NCBI GenBank assembly: GCA_002189035.1
Contig: NEEC01000020.1
Coordinates: 124,001-188,000, forward strand
Origin: Utricularia gibba
Taxonomy: Eukaryota > Plantae > Magnoliophyta
Reading direction: 5' to 3'
DNA: 64,000 nt
A program made the position numbers and the translations under genes. The notes beneath the pieces were generated by a model. That model made no database searches. It was not told where the DNA came from and saw nothing but the letters and a program-made list of their open reading frames with translations. This document shows, in pieces, positions 38,057 to 51,533 of the stretch; positions within the stretch are counted from its first letter, which is position 1; every line of letters starts with the position of its first letter.

Positions 38057-38839
38057 ACCTATTTTTTTTTATTTTTTTTTTAAAACTAAATTCGAATTTT
38101 CTTTTTAATTTATTAGACCATCATTTCTTAAAATTTCTATAACACTTTTTGTCCAAAAAAATTGAAATTATATATAAAATAATTTATACATCCAGAAAAA
38201 TGATACACAAATAATTTTATTATTAAATATACATAAAATATTTCATATTGATTAAGAATAAAAGAGGAAATCTGTTTAAATAGATAATTTTTTTACATAA
38301 GTAAAAAACGTAACATTATAAATATTAAATACTCGAAATAAATAATAACATAAAAATCAAATGTGGATCTTGAAATATTTATTTTTAAAAAAATATAAAT
38401 TTATAAATATTTGATATTTAAAAAAACCATAGAAAAACGTCTCGAATCAAATAAAACCTGAAATAAATAGCTTCTATTTTCTTATTTTCCTTTTGATATT
38501 TTCATATTTCAGAAGTAAATTATTAGTAATTATATTAATGAAGACGGGGTTCACAAAAATTGACTGCGGGGCTCTCGTAAAAATTTCCCTTTTCCCCCAA
38601 AACAACGCGGCCGGGCTGATGCTGCCTTCTCACCATTGATCAATTTCTGAAAGTTTTCGGCAGGATAATGTCTAAGGGAATTGCGGGAAATTGTTTGAGA
38701 TTCATGGGTTGTGTTGAGATGGTTTCGAGGTCGAATCCTGATTGTTGAATGCGTTTATACGTGTTGCAGCGGTGGAGGATTTGGAGTTTGTTTGTTTGTT
38801 TTTTTTTTTTTTTTGAGGGGTGATTCGATTTCTGAATAA

Positions 38840-40518
38840 ATGTCTGAATTGGTGGCTCGGACAGGACGGCATCAGCAGCGTTACGAGGATGGGTACCGTC
38901 TCATTGCTGGGTAAATTTCGAAGCTTTATATCATCGATTTGTGGTGTGCTTGGATGTTAATTTTGGGGTTTCCATGGCTGCATGTCGATAAAAACCAGGT
39001 TTTTGGTTTGGATTCTGTTTAGAAACTAGAGTTGGGCTTATTTGGGATTGGTCTGGCGTAGGATTGATGGTGAGTTCCTGCTTGCTACGCAAATGCTGGA
39101 ATTTTTGGTTTATTGTATTGGATTGATTGGTATAGCTCATAAAGAAATTGGGGATTTTGTATTGGATTTCAAGGTGCAATGCTGATAGGTTTGCAGGGGT
39201 CGTTACTGGCCTTCTGTATGTAGCAAATCAATTAGAATGTTGGATCTTTCATACTGTTGTGGTGTGTAATGCTATGGTTTCCATCAGTGTCTTTCATGCA
39301 TATTCGATGTGTGTTTCAGAATAATGATACCTGTAGTGATAATCCTAAACGGTTGATTTCCCAAAAACAAACTCAGTGGCCACACTTTAAGAGAACCAAT
39401 GCTGCTTTTACCGTATGCAGATAGATGATCTATTTTGTATAAAGTAAATGCCTGAATTTTTCCGAATATGCTATTGCACTTTCGGTTTATTTCATAGAAA
39501 GAACAACCTTTTCTTTCCCATGTTATGATTTCATTGTTAAAATTTATCAGCTATATTTTATGGTCCAAACAGATGGCAGATATTGCTCAGGTTTTTTGAA
39601 CTTTATGTGGGTCTGCGTAAGCATTGAAAATGGGTGCTGTGTTCCTCTGTTTGCTTCAGTGGTCTGTTTTGACCTGTATTCTCATATTCCAGGTGTATTC
39701 CTTTTAAGTATCGGACAGTAGGAGAATATGGTGGTGATGAGTCTAAACAGGTAGTTGTACTAATGATCAATTCAGCTAGCGGACCTGGGCTTCTATTCCC
39801 AAAGGTGAGAATTGTAACTTTGTGCTGGAATGTAAGCAGTTTGTTGTTCATGACATCTCGTGCTAACTGCTGATCAGACAGTCACTTAATCCTGAAAAAC
39901 TAATGGGAATGAGTAATTTCCAGTATAACTTGCAGAACTTTGACATCACTTTCGGTTGTTAAACTGGGGTACCTAACATTTGATATTTCATGCAATTGCC
40001 TGGGAATCTTGTAGACAGAAATATTACTTGGAAAGTGTTTGTCTCTTTGTGTAGGGTGGATGGGAGAACGATGAGACTGCCGAGGAGGCTGCTGAGAGGG
40101 AAGCGATGGAAGAAGCTGGAGTTCGAGGAGACTTAGTTGTAAGAAGAGGCTAGCTTTCTATTTAAAAAAAAAAAATGAGCTGGTAAATTGAAATTTGTGG
40201 ATTCCTCAACAACACTGTCATTTAACAACCTGAGTTTCCTCTCAGCATTTCCTTGGATGCTACCCCTTCAAGAGCAAAACCCTCCAAGACGAATACAGTC
40301 CAGAAGGCTTATGTAGAGCAGCAATGTACGCTCTGCATGTAAAGGAGGAGCTCGAACTGTGGCCCGAAAAGAGTCAACGCGAAAGAAGCTGGCTCACCAT
40401 TCCTGAAGCTATCCAATGTTGCAGACATGTCTGGATGAGGGAAGCCCTTGAGAAGGGTTTCTCCAAATGGCACGCAGAAGGAATGATCTCCACCCTACCA
40501 AAGAAGGGCAGCCTGTAG
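38840..40518 (+). CDS. NUDT16: Nudix hydrolase, NUDT16-like (DIPP subfamily), 4 exons
   Basis: MSELVARTGRHQQRYEDGYRLIAG, SGPGLLFPK, Nudix box GGWENDETAEEAAEREAMEEAG, PEGLCRAAMYALHVKEEL. Confidence 0.9.
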
Positions 40519-42814
40519 AACTCATCAGGATGACGGGAAAGAAAAGCAGCATCATTCTTTGCAGCAGTTTGAAGCCGGTCTGGTCTGGGTACCCTACTAC
40601 CATTTTCTTTTTTAGTCAGTTGTTAGCCATTGGTGATGGTTTTAGTTACCTGGGAGGAGATTGTTTTTTGGTTCCTATTTAGTAACCACCCCCACCGCGG
40701 TTAAAGAAACAGCATGAAGCTGAGAGTGAGCATCCTTCTGTTTGAATATGCCTTCACCTGAGGTGATGATTCGCATTTTGTAGACACTTTCCCCAAAAAA
40801 TCCTTGCCATGGTAGCATTACGTGTCATAAACCCTCCCGGTTTTACATTTTACTTTTTCCAAAAAAAAATCATTTATCTCTCTATTTAAACATATTCTTA
40901 TTCTCATTCATAACCAATGTGGTATTTTGTATCGTCACTGTACATTACCGCCTTATGATTTCGTGGATGCAGAATCCTCATGGGCAGCCACATCCCCCTC
41001 TTCCTTCAGCGCGGACTCACTCTAGAAGAAGCATCTTTGTAGGCGATGGACGAGTTTGCTGGGCTGGGGGACCAACTCCATTTCAAGGTGGAATAAGCAG
41101 CAAACTCAGTCCCCCCTACGCATTCATTCCTATCCTCACCAATGATAATCCCATCAAGGGCGAGTTTGGTAATTTGTCGGAGCTTTTCATTATATGGTTC
41201 AAGACAAATCAAAGATTATTAATATAAATTTGAAATACGCTTGTTAAATAAATATAATTATGTTAAATAAACACGTATACCTAAAACTATTGACCAAATA
41301 TACTCTAAATAGTATACTGTTGATTATATTTTTATTAATTTTTGAATTAAAAAACCCGTCGAGTTTTTAGTCGTTGAGATGTCCAAGTCACTATTTGCAT
41401 TTTCTAATTTGTTTTCAAAATTAAATATACAAATATTCTTGGTCCTCATTGAATATAATATTTACTTAATTCCCATTTTTTATTTCTCAAGGTAACACAT
41501 TAGTCATGTGAAAATATTTCCTGAGATATTTCTTTATATATATATATATTAGGTGATATATGGGGTTATGTTACGGTGCGACGGACCCACGGTAAGACCG
41601 CGTGCGGGCTATGTAATGTATTGGTGCAGTGCGTCGTTGGATCCGGTCGCTTGCATGTCAACTTCTGAGCCGCGTGATGGGGACCCTGGACCAACCCAAC
41701 TGAAAGATCGACCTCATCCTACGGTCAGTATGTGTCTGGGGTTTGCGTTTGTGGATACGTCGTTTTTTATTAATATATCACTATTTTTTGGAGATTATTT
41801 AAATATATTTTTGGACGATATGAGTTCGGTAACCGTTACCCAACCAAATTTGACCGTTGGTTGGATTTACTTTTCGCGGGTGATTTGAATATTCAATGTG
41901 AAGCTACTTTTTTTTTTTCTAATAATGTTTTAAATTTGGTTGGATCAAATCTGAAATCCAAAAGTGATCATTAGAGGAGAAGTTTCATAGAACATGGTAA
42001 CAATAAAAATGGACATATGAGACCCTCAAACTTTTTAGTTTAGTTGCATTCTCGTGTTCATGATGATCGATTTTTCTTACATTTACAATTCGATTGAACG
42101 AATATATTACATGATTATGAATGTATATACTTATAACATTGACATGGGATAAAATTATTGTGGGTTTAGGAGTTAAAAGTATACAAATATTTGACTAAGT
42201 AATGCATCTAAGGGTTTTTATCTTAAAGAAAACTCAAAAGAGAAATATATTTATCATAATATTTCATTTCGAAATATCGATGAAAAATAATTGATATATA
42301 ATTTTTGTGATAAATTTGAATGTCACATATTATAATATAATTACATTTCATATTGTGGATAAAGCTTCTTCGACTAATTTTTAATAATTAAGAAATTAAT
42401 TGAGAACCAAAGCGTTTGGTATGCAAAATTTGAATATGGTGTGGCAAAAGGAATGGTGTGCAGCTGTTCCATGTGCAGGTACAGGGTGTTGAAATATGGT
42501 GGAGCACAGGGAATCCGGACCTTTTTGGAATTTCTTTATATATACCTCGCATTCTGTGTCGATGGCGAGACAGCGCATAAATAGTGAATGGACGGGAGAA
42601 CCGCTTCCGATTCTCTCACCGGCACTGTGTAGAGAGAGTTGCACTTACACAGGGAGCTCCTCGTGCGGATATATCCCGACAATCATCCCATTGATGTGAT
42701 CTTCTTGAGCGGATATTGAAGCACAGAGAGCTGCGATTGAGGAGGCAATACAGAGGAAACCAGAAGTTTTAAGGATTTTGCGGGAATCGATTTTGTTCGG
42801 ATTGTGTGATTGCG

Positions 42815-45800
42815 ATGGGGAGTTATCAGAATGGAGATGCGGAGCCGAAGAAGATGATTAAGGCGAGGAAGAAGACGGCGTCGGCGATGGAGATGGATGA
42901 TATCATCACTTTGATGCATGGTTCTGATCCGGTGCGCCTTGAGCTCACGCGCCTAGAGAATGAGGTTCGAGGTAAGCGTTTCTGCCGGAATCTGTTTTCG
43001 TTTTACAAGGACACTTGATCCAAGACTTTCCGATTTGGATGTGATAGTTTTCTGGAGGTCAGGATATCGTACTGTGTGTTTATTTATGAGGCCTACTTGA
43101 GAAATTAATTTCCTGGACCATAATTAATTGAAGGTGCAGTACCTGAATTCCGGACATCAATGCTTTGTCTCGAATTTAAATTTTGCAAGCTACAGTTTTC
43201 AACTATGATATGAAAATGGCGGTGATGAGTGTTTATTACTTTTGGTTAGTGAATCTGGTGGTTGAGTTGTCGTGTGAAAGAAGAGAGAAAAAGGAAGAGA
43301 AAGAAATTGAGTTAGCATGTGCCGTGAATAAGTGAAAATAAAGCCAACTTCGGGCCCCCACTTTGCTTCCTTGATGTAGTGTTTTGACTTTTCTGGAGAG
43401 ATTCCTTTAGGATAGAATCAGTTTTTTATAAGAGAAACTAGATAGAAAGTTTTGAATTTAGAGGCGTAATGGCCCCAAGGTAAAGAATAAGCTAAGCTTT
43501 TGTAGCTCTATTATTGTTGTATTTAGCAGTTTTAAGTAGATGTAAAATAAGCTGACAAGAAAACAGCGGTATCTAACTCAACTGGTCTGTGTGAAGTGAC
43601 AGCTGAACAATTAGAAAGGGACTAATTTGTTTGGGCTTTATATTTAATTGCTTCTCTTTTAATCACGTGAAGGCTGATAAAGCAAAACTTTTTTGGGTTT
43701 TTAGTACTTTAATGACTTATTTGGTTGCATTCGGGTGACCGTAAATGATTGTTTTGTTCACCAAAATACAGAAAAGGACAGGGAACTTGGCGAGGCAAAT
43801 GCAGAAATTAAAGCATTGAAGTTGTCTGAACGCCTTAAGGAGAAGGCAGTAGAAGAGGTATACTGAATGGCATATGTAATTCTGGCCAACATGCTCCTAC
43901 TGAGTGATGTAAAGTTCGTGGAGGTTAACCGCATAATCACATTCCAAGAATCTGTTCGTTATTAGTGCGTTTTTTTATTGTTGCATTGCTTTTATTATGA
44001 AGCATCTTTTCTGATGATCTTTTGCTCGATTTCTGTCCCGTAACTCTAAAGGTAATCTGAAGCTTATGCCTTGGCAGCTTTCTGAAGAGCTTGCGAGACT
44101 GAATGATAAGATAAAAACAATGGAATCTCTTCTTGAAAGCAAGGTGTACTACTGTTTTTCAAGCTATTCCGTTATCCCTTTCAACATATGCCTTGTTGTC
44201 GAGATGAATTTGTTTGACCATGGAGTCTAAAAAATCGACCTTTTGTTTTCTACGTGCTCCAGACTCTAGAGATCAAGAAAATCAACGAGGAGAAAAAAGC
44301 TGCCATGGTTGCTCAATTTGCTGCAGAAGCAACACTCCGGAAAGTGCATGCTGCGCAGAAAGATGACGAAATGCCTCCCATCGAGGCAATCCTTGCGCCC
44401 TTGGAGGCTGAACTGAAGTTAGCAAAAACAGAGGTAAGTAAGACTAATGCTGAATTTGATTCATGGTCAAGGATCAAAATTCGGTCTTGAATTGATGTGA
44501 CTCGCGTAGGTAGCAAAGCTACAGGAGGACAACAAGGCCCTTGAGAGACTGACGAAATCTAAAGAATTAGCCCTTCTAGAAGCAGAACGTACAGTAGAGA
44601 TCGCTTTGGCCAAAGCTTCATTGGTGGATGATTTGCAGAACAAAAACCAAGAACTGAGTAAACAGATAGAAATATGCCAGGTTTGTCTTTTATGCCCCCG
44701 TCATTTCATAAAAATCGATGCAGGATGGCTAACTCCCCTATGCCTTCTTTCTCAGGAAGAAAATAAAATAATGGACAAAATGCATAAACAAAAAGTCTCC
44801 GAGGTTGAAAAGTTAACGCAGACTGTTCGTGAACTTGAGGAGGCAGTTTTGTCTGGAGGTGCTGCAGCCAATGCTGTGCGTGATTTTCAGCGGCAAGTTC
44901 AAGAACTAAATGTAAATGACTCCTCTCCATTCTTCAATTATACCTCTCGTCAGTAATTTATTTTCATGGCCTTGACAAATTACTCATCCAACAGGAAGAA
45001 AAAAGAATCCTAGATCGTGAATTAGCTCGAGCCAAGGTATCTGCAAATCGTGTGGCAGTTGTGGTTGCAAATGACTGGAAAGATGCTAGTGACAAGGTCA
45101 TGCCAGTAAAACAGTGGCTCGACGAAAGAAAGTTCTACCAGGTTTAAAATGTTGTCTCGCTTGTTGTTAAGGATAATGTATTGGGGGCTGGTACTCACAA
45201 CGAGTGTTGGTTGCAGGGGGAGATGCAGCAGTTGAAATCTAAGCTGGCAGTTGCAGAACGCGCTGCCAAGTCTGAGGCACAATTGAAGGTGAAAATATAA
45301 ATCATATTTCTGCCTTACGGTTTCCTCTCTCATTCATCTTCATTTTGTTTATCAGGAGAAGTATATGCTACGCTTCAAAGTTCTGGAAGAACAATTTAAA
45401 GGTACATCACAAGGAAGAAGCACGACCATTGCACGTACATCACTTGGAGGATTTGAAAACTTACCCAGGCCTGGCCAAATCACCAGAAATGGTACTCTAT
45501 CGAGGCAGGAGAGATCAAAATTCACAAAAGGTGACCGCAAGCTAAACAATGGAGACAGGATACTTCATGCTGCAGATCATGCAAGTAATGGAGTGGTGCA
45601 CAGTCCATGCGAGAACGGGGATCTGCGTACAAGAATTGAGAAGATGAATGATGAAAACGAAGACTACGTCTCAGGGACGCTGTATGATACGTTGCAGAAA
45701 GAGGTTATAGCCCTGCGGAAAGCTTGCCAAGAGAAAACTCAGAGCCTCAAGGACAAAGAAGATACCATTGAGGTAGGCTCATACCTTGGCTAAATTCTGC

Positions 45801-46380
45801 TTCCTTCTCTTCTCTCACTGTATTACTGAATACACCGCAGATGCTCTCAAAAAAAGTTGATACCCTAACCAAAGCAAGGGAAAGCGAATCCCGGAAAATG
45901 CGGAGAGATTTCGCTACCATGGAAAAGGAAGTTGCTGCAATACGCAGCTGCAAACCACAGGATCAAAAGAGTGGCCGACTCCCTGCTGCTTCCGCATCCA
46001 TCACCAGCTCCTCTCGCTCACTTTCCATGCGGTAACCCCCTCAAAAGAATGACATCATGCTTAGACCATCCATCTCTCATCATACTTCACGGACATGCTT
46101 GTGCTCATCTTTCAGATATGGGAGGTATCCTTGAGCTCCAACATCACAAAGCACAGTTTTTTTCACCACAGAAGGAAAAAGCAAGGAATTGTAAAGACTT
46201 TAAGTTTATAAGGTTAGTTGCATTACCAGCTTATTGGGCATAATGATTGTGGTTTGCCTAATTCTAGAAGGGTGGCATGGCTTGTTTGTACTACTAATCA
46301 CTTCCCCTTGACTGCTAATCATAAGATGAAATTCCTTACTGCATCTTTTTCTCTTCATTACCAGACATGAATTCACTTAA
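42815..46380 (+). CDS. MAP70: Microtubule-associated protein 70 family
   Basis: MHGSDPVRLELTRLENEVR, KKINEEKKAAMVAQFAAEATLRKVHAAQKDDEMPP, ANRVAVVVANDWKDASDKVMPVKQWL, VSGTLYDTLQKEV. Last micro-exon 46365-46380 is tentative. Confidence 0.93.
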
Positions 46381-46547
46381 CGTAGAAATTCGGATCTGAA
46401 ATGTGATCAATAACATGTAGAATTTCCCTCACATATCAAAATCTAAAGCAGACAATTCATCAGGAGCTACCAAACAAGCCACTACTTTAGAATGCTTGCT
46501 GCTATACCATGGGATGGGGTCACACCAAAGTGTGAATTCAACCATCA

Positions 46548-48782
46548 TCAAAGCAACTGCAAAACGGAGTCTTTCCGAAATGCATCCGCCCGAGCCAACT
46601 GATGAGCAAAGCTCCTGCTGGGGAAGATGTTATCTGCTCGCATTCTGTCCACAAACCCGTAGACAGGGGTGTTGGAGTTTATGTATGCATCAAGGAGAAT
46701 TTGATACTGCTTCGCCCCCGTCGCATATCCTGCCTTTTTCATCATCAGGAACATCTTCTCAGCATTGTGGACGTCTCCCTTCTGTGCAAACTTGTCCATG
46801 ACGTATACAATGGAAGAAAAGAAGGGCCTCCCACTTTTCTCCGCAATACACTTCTCAACTACAGAAGCTGCTTTCTCTGTTTCTCCTGCATTCACGTAGA
46901 GCTTCACGAGCGCATCCCGCGCTAGTGGCCCGATTTTGCAGTTCATGCTCGACATTCGCTTCATGAGATCCTTCCCCTTCTCCAGCATCTTGTGATCTGC
47001 ATAAACTCGCAGCATGAAGGCAATGTGTCTTGTAGAAGGTCTGTTTGCTCTTTGCAGCAGTTTCTCGAAAGCTGCTTCTGCATTCTCAACTTTTCTCAGC
47101 CTCCCCCAGGCTTCTATGGCGGCCATGCATTCAGATAGGTGTGGGGAAGGTTCACAGACTCTCCATATCCTCTCCACTTCGTCGTCTCGTCCGAGGATCG
47201 CGTAAATATGAAGCAGCCAACAGCATGCCCAACGATTCTTCACCAGATCATCATCTTCCATCGCCTTCAGCATCTCCTCAGCCTTGTCCTTCAATCCAGA
47301 GACAGCATAATTCTTAGCCAACGAAGCTCGAATTCGACTGTTCGGTTCGAGGCCCTTGGATTTCATTCCCTCAACCAACTCCTCCATCCCGTGTACATCA
47401 TTTGCCTGTCCCTTCCATTTGATGAGAACTTCGTAGGTGAAGAGTGAAGACCGGATGTCTTCCTCCTCCATCAACCGAAGCACATGTGGGATCTTCTTGC
47501 TGTCTGTTCTGCTGTAGAGGTGCAGCATCTTGTTGCAAGAGAAGCATGAAAGAGGGATATGTAACTCCTTCATTCTGCTAAAAACTTCCTCTGATTTCTT
47601 CAAGTTGGTTGCTGAAACACAGCCGGCTAGCAGCGCCTGGAATACGAGCTCACCTCTGAAGGACTGTGGGATACTATGCAGGTATTCCTCGGCCTTATGG
47701 ACACCGCTCATTTTTGCAAGCAAATCGATATGAGATGCATAATATCGCTCCGATAAATCAAGATGTCTTTCAGATCCTAGCCACTCTGATAGCTGAAAAA
47801 AGAAACCAAAGCAACAGTTGAGTAATCTGCATAACATTCACATCATAAGAAAGCTTACGAAGAAGGTGGCATACAAGATACTAGCATTTGAGGTCCATCC
47901 AAAGATGAAAGAAGCTAAGGCAAGCCAGGCATAAAACACAAAAGAGAAAAGGGATTAGATGAAGACCTGCAAGGCCTTTCTGAACAATTTTCTTTTCCTA
48001 AGATGAAACATGGCTGATGAGACTTCGGCTTTGGTCAGTTCATTCCCCTCTTCAAGCCATTTATTCACAACGGCACTCACAGGTAAGGCAGTAGAAGCAA
48101 GGATGGCCTTAAGCATGGATAAAACAGGGAAATCTTTCCGCAATTTTTTTGCCCCACCAACCTCAAACTCATCATCAAAGGCTTCAGGATCAGCAAACAA
48201 TTCCTCAGAAGCATCATCTCCATCGTCATCAGAAAGCTCATGATTTGCTGAGAGCACAGAGCCCTCTGTCTCATCTTCAGAGGTAACCTCCTTGGCCGTA
48301 GCATATTCCAAGTCATTAAATTCCTCCCCGCTGCTCTTGGTTCCTGACTGTGAAGAATAACTACAGGCTTTCCCGAATGAAGTTGAGCTATAAAATCTTG
48401 CAGAGTGTAAAAATCTATTGAATGGTTTTCCTTGCTTTTCAACCAACTCAGCACTGTAATCTTCACTTCCCCCAACATGAGGCTCGCCACAGCAAAGTCG
48501 AACAGCCGAAATGCGTAGTCCATGATTCCTACAGAAAACAAGCTCAGCTCAGGCAATTCAAGCTTTGTGAACACAAAGCCAAAGATTCAAGATTTTCAAT
48601 CCCAACTATCTTCTCATCATTTCCTATTCACACAAGTTACACCCGCAAACCCACACTACAACCAGACGATTACTTAGTAATCACTGAAGTGAGGAATGGA
48701 AGAGGCATATAGAAACCGGAAGCATCGAATAGAATACTTAGCACCTCCGACAACGCGTGAAGAGCCTATGAATCGCCAACAT
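46548..48782 (-). CDS. P-type pentatricopeptide repeat protein, mitochondrial (At1g80270/At1g15480-like), about 614 aa
   Basis: Exons 48782-48745, 48528-47967, 47792-46548 splice in frame. FRKALQ|LSEWL, YASHIDLLAK, repeated 35-aa helical units, C-terminal RMRADNIFP...ADAFRK. Confidence 0.9.
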
Positions 48783-48891
48783 TTTCCTTAAACCCTGGCG
48801 CGCCAACTCTGAGCTCGTGCGAGAAGCTGAGTGAGAAGTGAGGGTTTATGATTTCTTACCGGATTCCTCCTTTTTCGCAGTTTAGTCAAAT

Positions 48892-48917
48892 TGGGCCCTG
48901 AGCCCACTACAAGCCCA
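48892..48917. promoter_or_regulatory. Site II cluster in the compact divergent promoter of the PPR and RSRC2-like genes
   Basis: TGGGCC 48892, AGCCCA 48901, AGCCCA 48912. Confidence 0.55.
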
Positions 48918-49226
48918 GGAGCATCATGAAAATATCTTCCCCTTGCCGTTGATTTTGGTCCGGCAATTATTCTATTTGCGATCTGACGCTATTGTGCTCG
49001 GAACCCTAGGCGACGGAGACCGAGCCATACGCTCAGCTCGCGATCCATTGTTCTTTGAAGGTGAAGTAAATCTAAAGGCCGTGATTCAACTCCTTAATCC
49101 CTAAATTTGTTGCTTTTTTTTTTTTCTGGAGATGAATTTTTTTGGCTTATATCAATGTTCATTTTGCGAATCTTCTCGTTCTTGAAGGTCGCATTTTTTT
49201 TTTGTTGGGGTTCCTTTCCAGGTGTT

Positions 49227-51162
49227 ATGGATTTAGATGGGCAGGAAGTGTTGGACGCAAGGACTGAATTTCGAAGGCCTATGAATGAGGCCTCTGGCAG
49301 GAAGTATAGACGAAGGTCTCCAAGTGGAGGTTCATCTTCTTCGTCACCTGGTGGTTAGTTCTTTTCAGCTCACTTGCTTCCTGTGTGAATTTTCCTATTG
49401 CATAAAAGTGTTTCAAGCTTGTAAATTTGGTTTCATATTCCTAATTTTATCAGTAAAAATTCTTTTTTTTTCACTTTTTTTTTGTGTAGCTTGCATGCTC
49501 TTGTATTGTTTTTGATGTATTGATTGTAAGTAACCGTTCTTTTACTCCTATAGTTTGTCTTGTATGTATTCAGGGTCTCCATCGCGGAAGCACAGCTTGA
49601 GTCCAGTCCCTTCTAAGAAGGATAATCTGAAAAGTTCTGATGATAAGGAAAAGAGAGATGATATCAGGAGTTATGCTGGGCGAAGCAATGAGTCGTGTAG
49701 GCATTCTGATAGGAATTCTCCGAGGGGCTATAATAGGCATGGTGACCATGATAGGCGCGAGAGGCGTGGTGAGGACTATAGCAGGAGCTACCACAAGTCA
49801 TCATCTCGGTTCTGGAGGGATCCTCAGGAGGATTTGGACTGCACGAGGAGTGATAAAGAATACTCTCGTTCAAGGCATCATGTAGGCCATAGAAGCAAGA
49901 ATCGAGACTCGTATGATAGATCAGCCCCCAGTAGGAAGCATGCTGATCTGGAGGACAGAGATATGGATAGGGGAAGAGACAGGCAGAGAGCGGAAAGAAA
50001 TGAAGGGTATGGGAGGTCTGATCACAAAAAAGGAAACCGAGATCACAGGAGTGAACTGTCGCCTGCTAATGCTTTGGAAGAATCGTCCAGAAGAAACTCT
50101 GGTCAGAATCTGAAAGAAGATTCAAGTAAAGGTTCCAAGGAACAGGATGGTGAAAGGTTGGGAAATAAAGAGAAGAGAAGTGAGGATCATGCTGATGATA
50201 TCCCAAGGGCAGGTCAAGAGTCCATAGCTAAGAAATCAAAATTCTCTTCTCCTGATGGCTTAGCTATTGGGAAAGAAGTGAATGGTATGTTCTGTTATGC
50301 ATGCATCATCCTCCTTTGATTCTGGCTCTGATATCCTCTGACTTCCCATCAGCTACTCCAGATCAGGCTTTTGTGACAGATGCTGATATTGATGCAGCGA
50401 AGCTTGCTGCAATGAAGGCAGCAGAATTGGGTACGCTGAAATTTGGTGTAAATAAAACCTTGTGATTCTGAATCTGACAGAATTTTGATTGCTGGAACTC
50501 ACTCACTCTATGGTGAATGGCAGTTAATAGGAATTTAGTTGGTACGGGATACATGTCAGCTGATCAGAAAAAGAAGCTTTTATGGGGCAACAAGAAGAGC
50601 AACACTACTGAAGAGGTATGAACCCACATTCACTTCACTGTGAACCAAGCTTTATTTTTGATGTCATATACATCGTCTTCAATCCAATGATGGCATTTGT
50701 TAGTGTGCTCTTTTATGAATTTGGCATGCACCTCCACATACAGTCTGATGTTTTTTTTGACTCCATCTGGATTCAAAACCCTTTGCATCACTTAGTCTGC
50801 CAGCCGGTGGGATACCACACAGTTCATGGACCGGGATCGACAGGAGAAGTTCAACAAGCTCATGGTAATCCCTCAACCCCCGCTTCTTTCTTTCTGAGAT
50901 TGATAGATAAACTATCTCTGCAAACAACCATTTCCCTTTGTTTCCCTGAATTACATCCCCTTACTGACACTCTTTTAGAGTCTGAGGTTGCATTGGTGCA
51001 TATGGCCAATTGTAGGGCGTGAAGGGGGATGCAAAGGTCGATCTCAAATCAGACAACCCCGAGGTGGAGAAACAACGGGAACAGCTGCAGATGGAGTTAG
51101 AGAAGCAGTACACCGCCGGACTGCGTCGAAGAGATGGTCGAACTGTCGGACTCGGTCTCTAG
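49227..51162 (+). CDS. Arginine/serine-rich coiled-coil protein 2-like (C-terminal SMAP-type domain)
   Basis: Low-complexity R/S/D region, then DIDAAKLAAMKAAEL, MSADQKKKLLWGNKK, RWDTTQFMDRDRQEKFNKLMG, LEKQYTAGLRRRDGRTVGLGL*. Confidence 0.82.
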
Positions 51163-51359
51163 CGCCGCCGCTCTCAGGCCGTTCCCCTGTTTGTAGTGAA
51201 CAAGTAGCTTTCTGGTTGCAGTTTGTGTCATGCAACGGTTGGGATCAGCATAAGTTGGTTCTGGTACATACTGTTGAATCTTGGAGCCTGAATTTCGAGC
51301 CAAATCCAGTAATTAATAACTTAATTATTTGTATTTTTAATTGCAGAAAAAGTATTAAC

Positions 51360-51425
51360 TGGGCCGAATGTTGAAAGACAATCTTAAGGCCCTTTTTTGT
51401 ACGGTTGGGCCTTGATGTTGGCCCA
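51360..51425. promoter_or_regulatory. Site II cluster upstream of MPP-alpha
   Basis: TGGGCC 51360, TGGGCC 51406, GGCCCA 51420. Site II motifs are well known in promoters of nuclear-encoded mitochondrial genes. Confidence 0.6.
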
Positions 51426-51533
51426 TATTTGAAGAGTAGGCTTCAGAGGCGGCATTACCAGTATAACCACTATTTGTTTTTCACATTTAACCTGAGAGAC
51501 GGAGGTGAGCGGAGCTTCTGCAATCTGCGAGCG

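Noticed and set aside
41553-42699. GC-rich patches and ORFs 41553-41888 and 42496-42699 upstream of MAP70
   Set aside because: No splice or homology support. They look like promoter and leader sequence (GGACCCAC motif, TATA near 42537), and the ATG at 42562 is probably upstream of the TSS.
46602-47733. Plus-strand ORFs of 60-107 aa overlapping the PPR gene
   Set aside because: Antisense shadows of the PPR exon.
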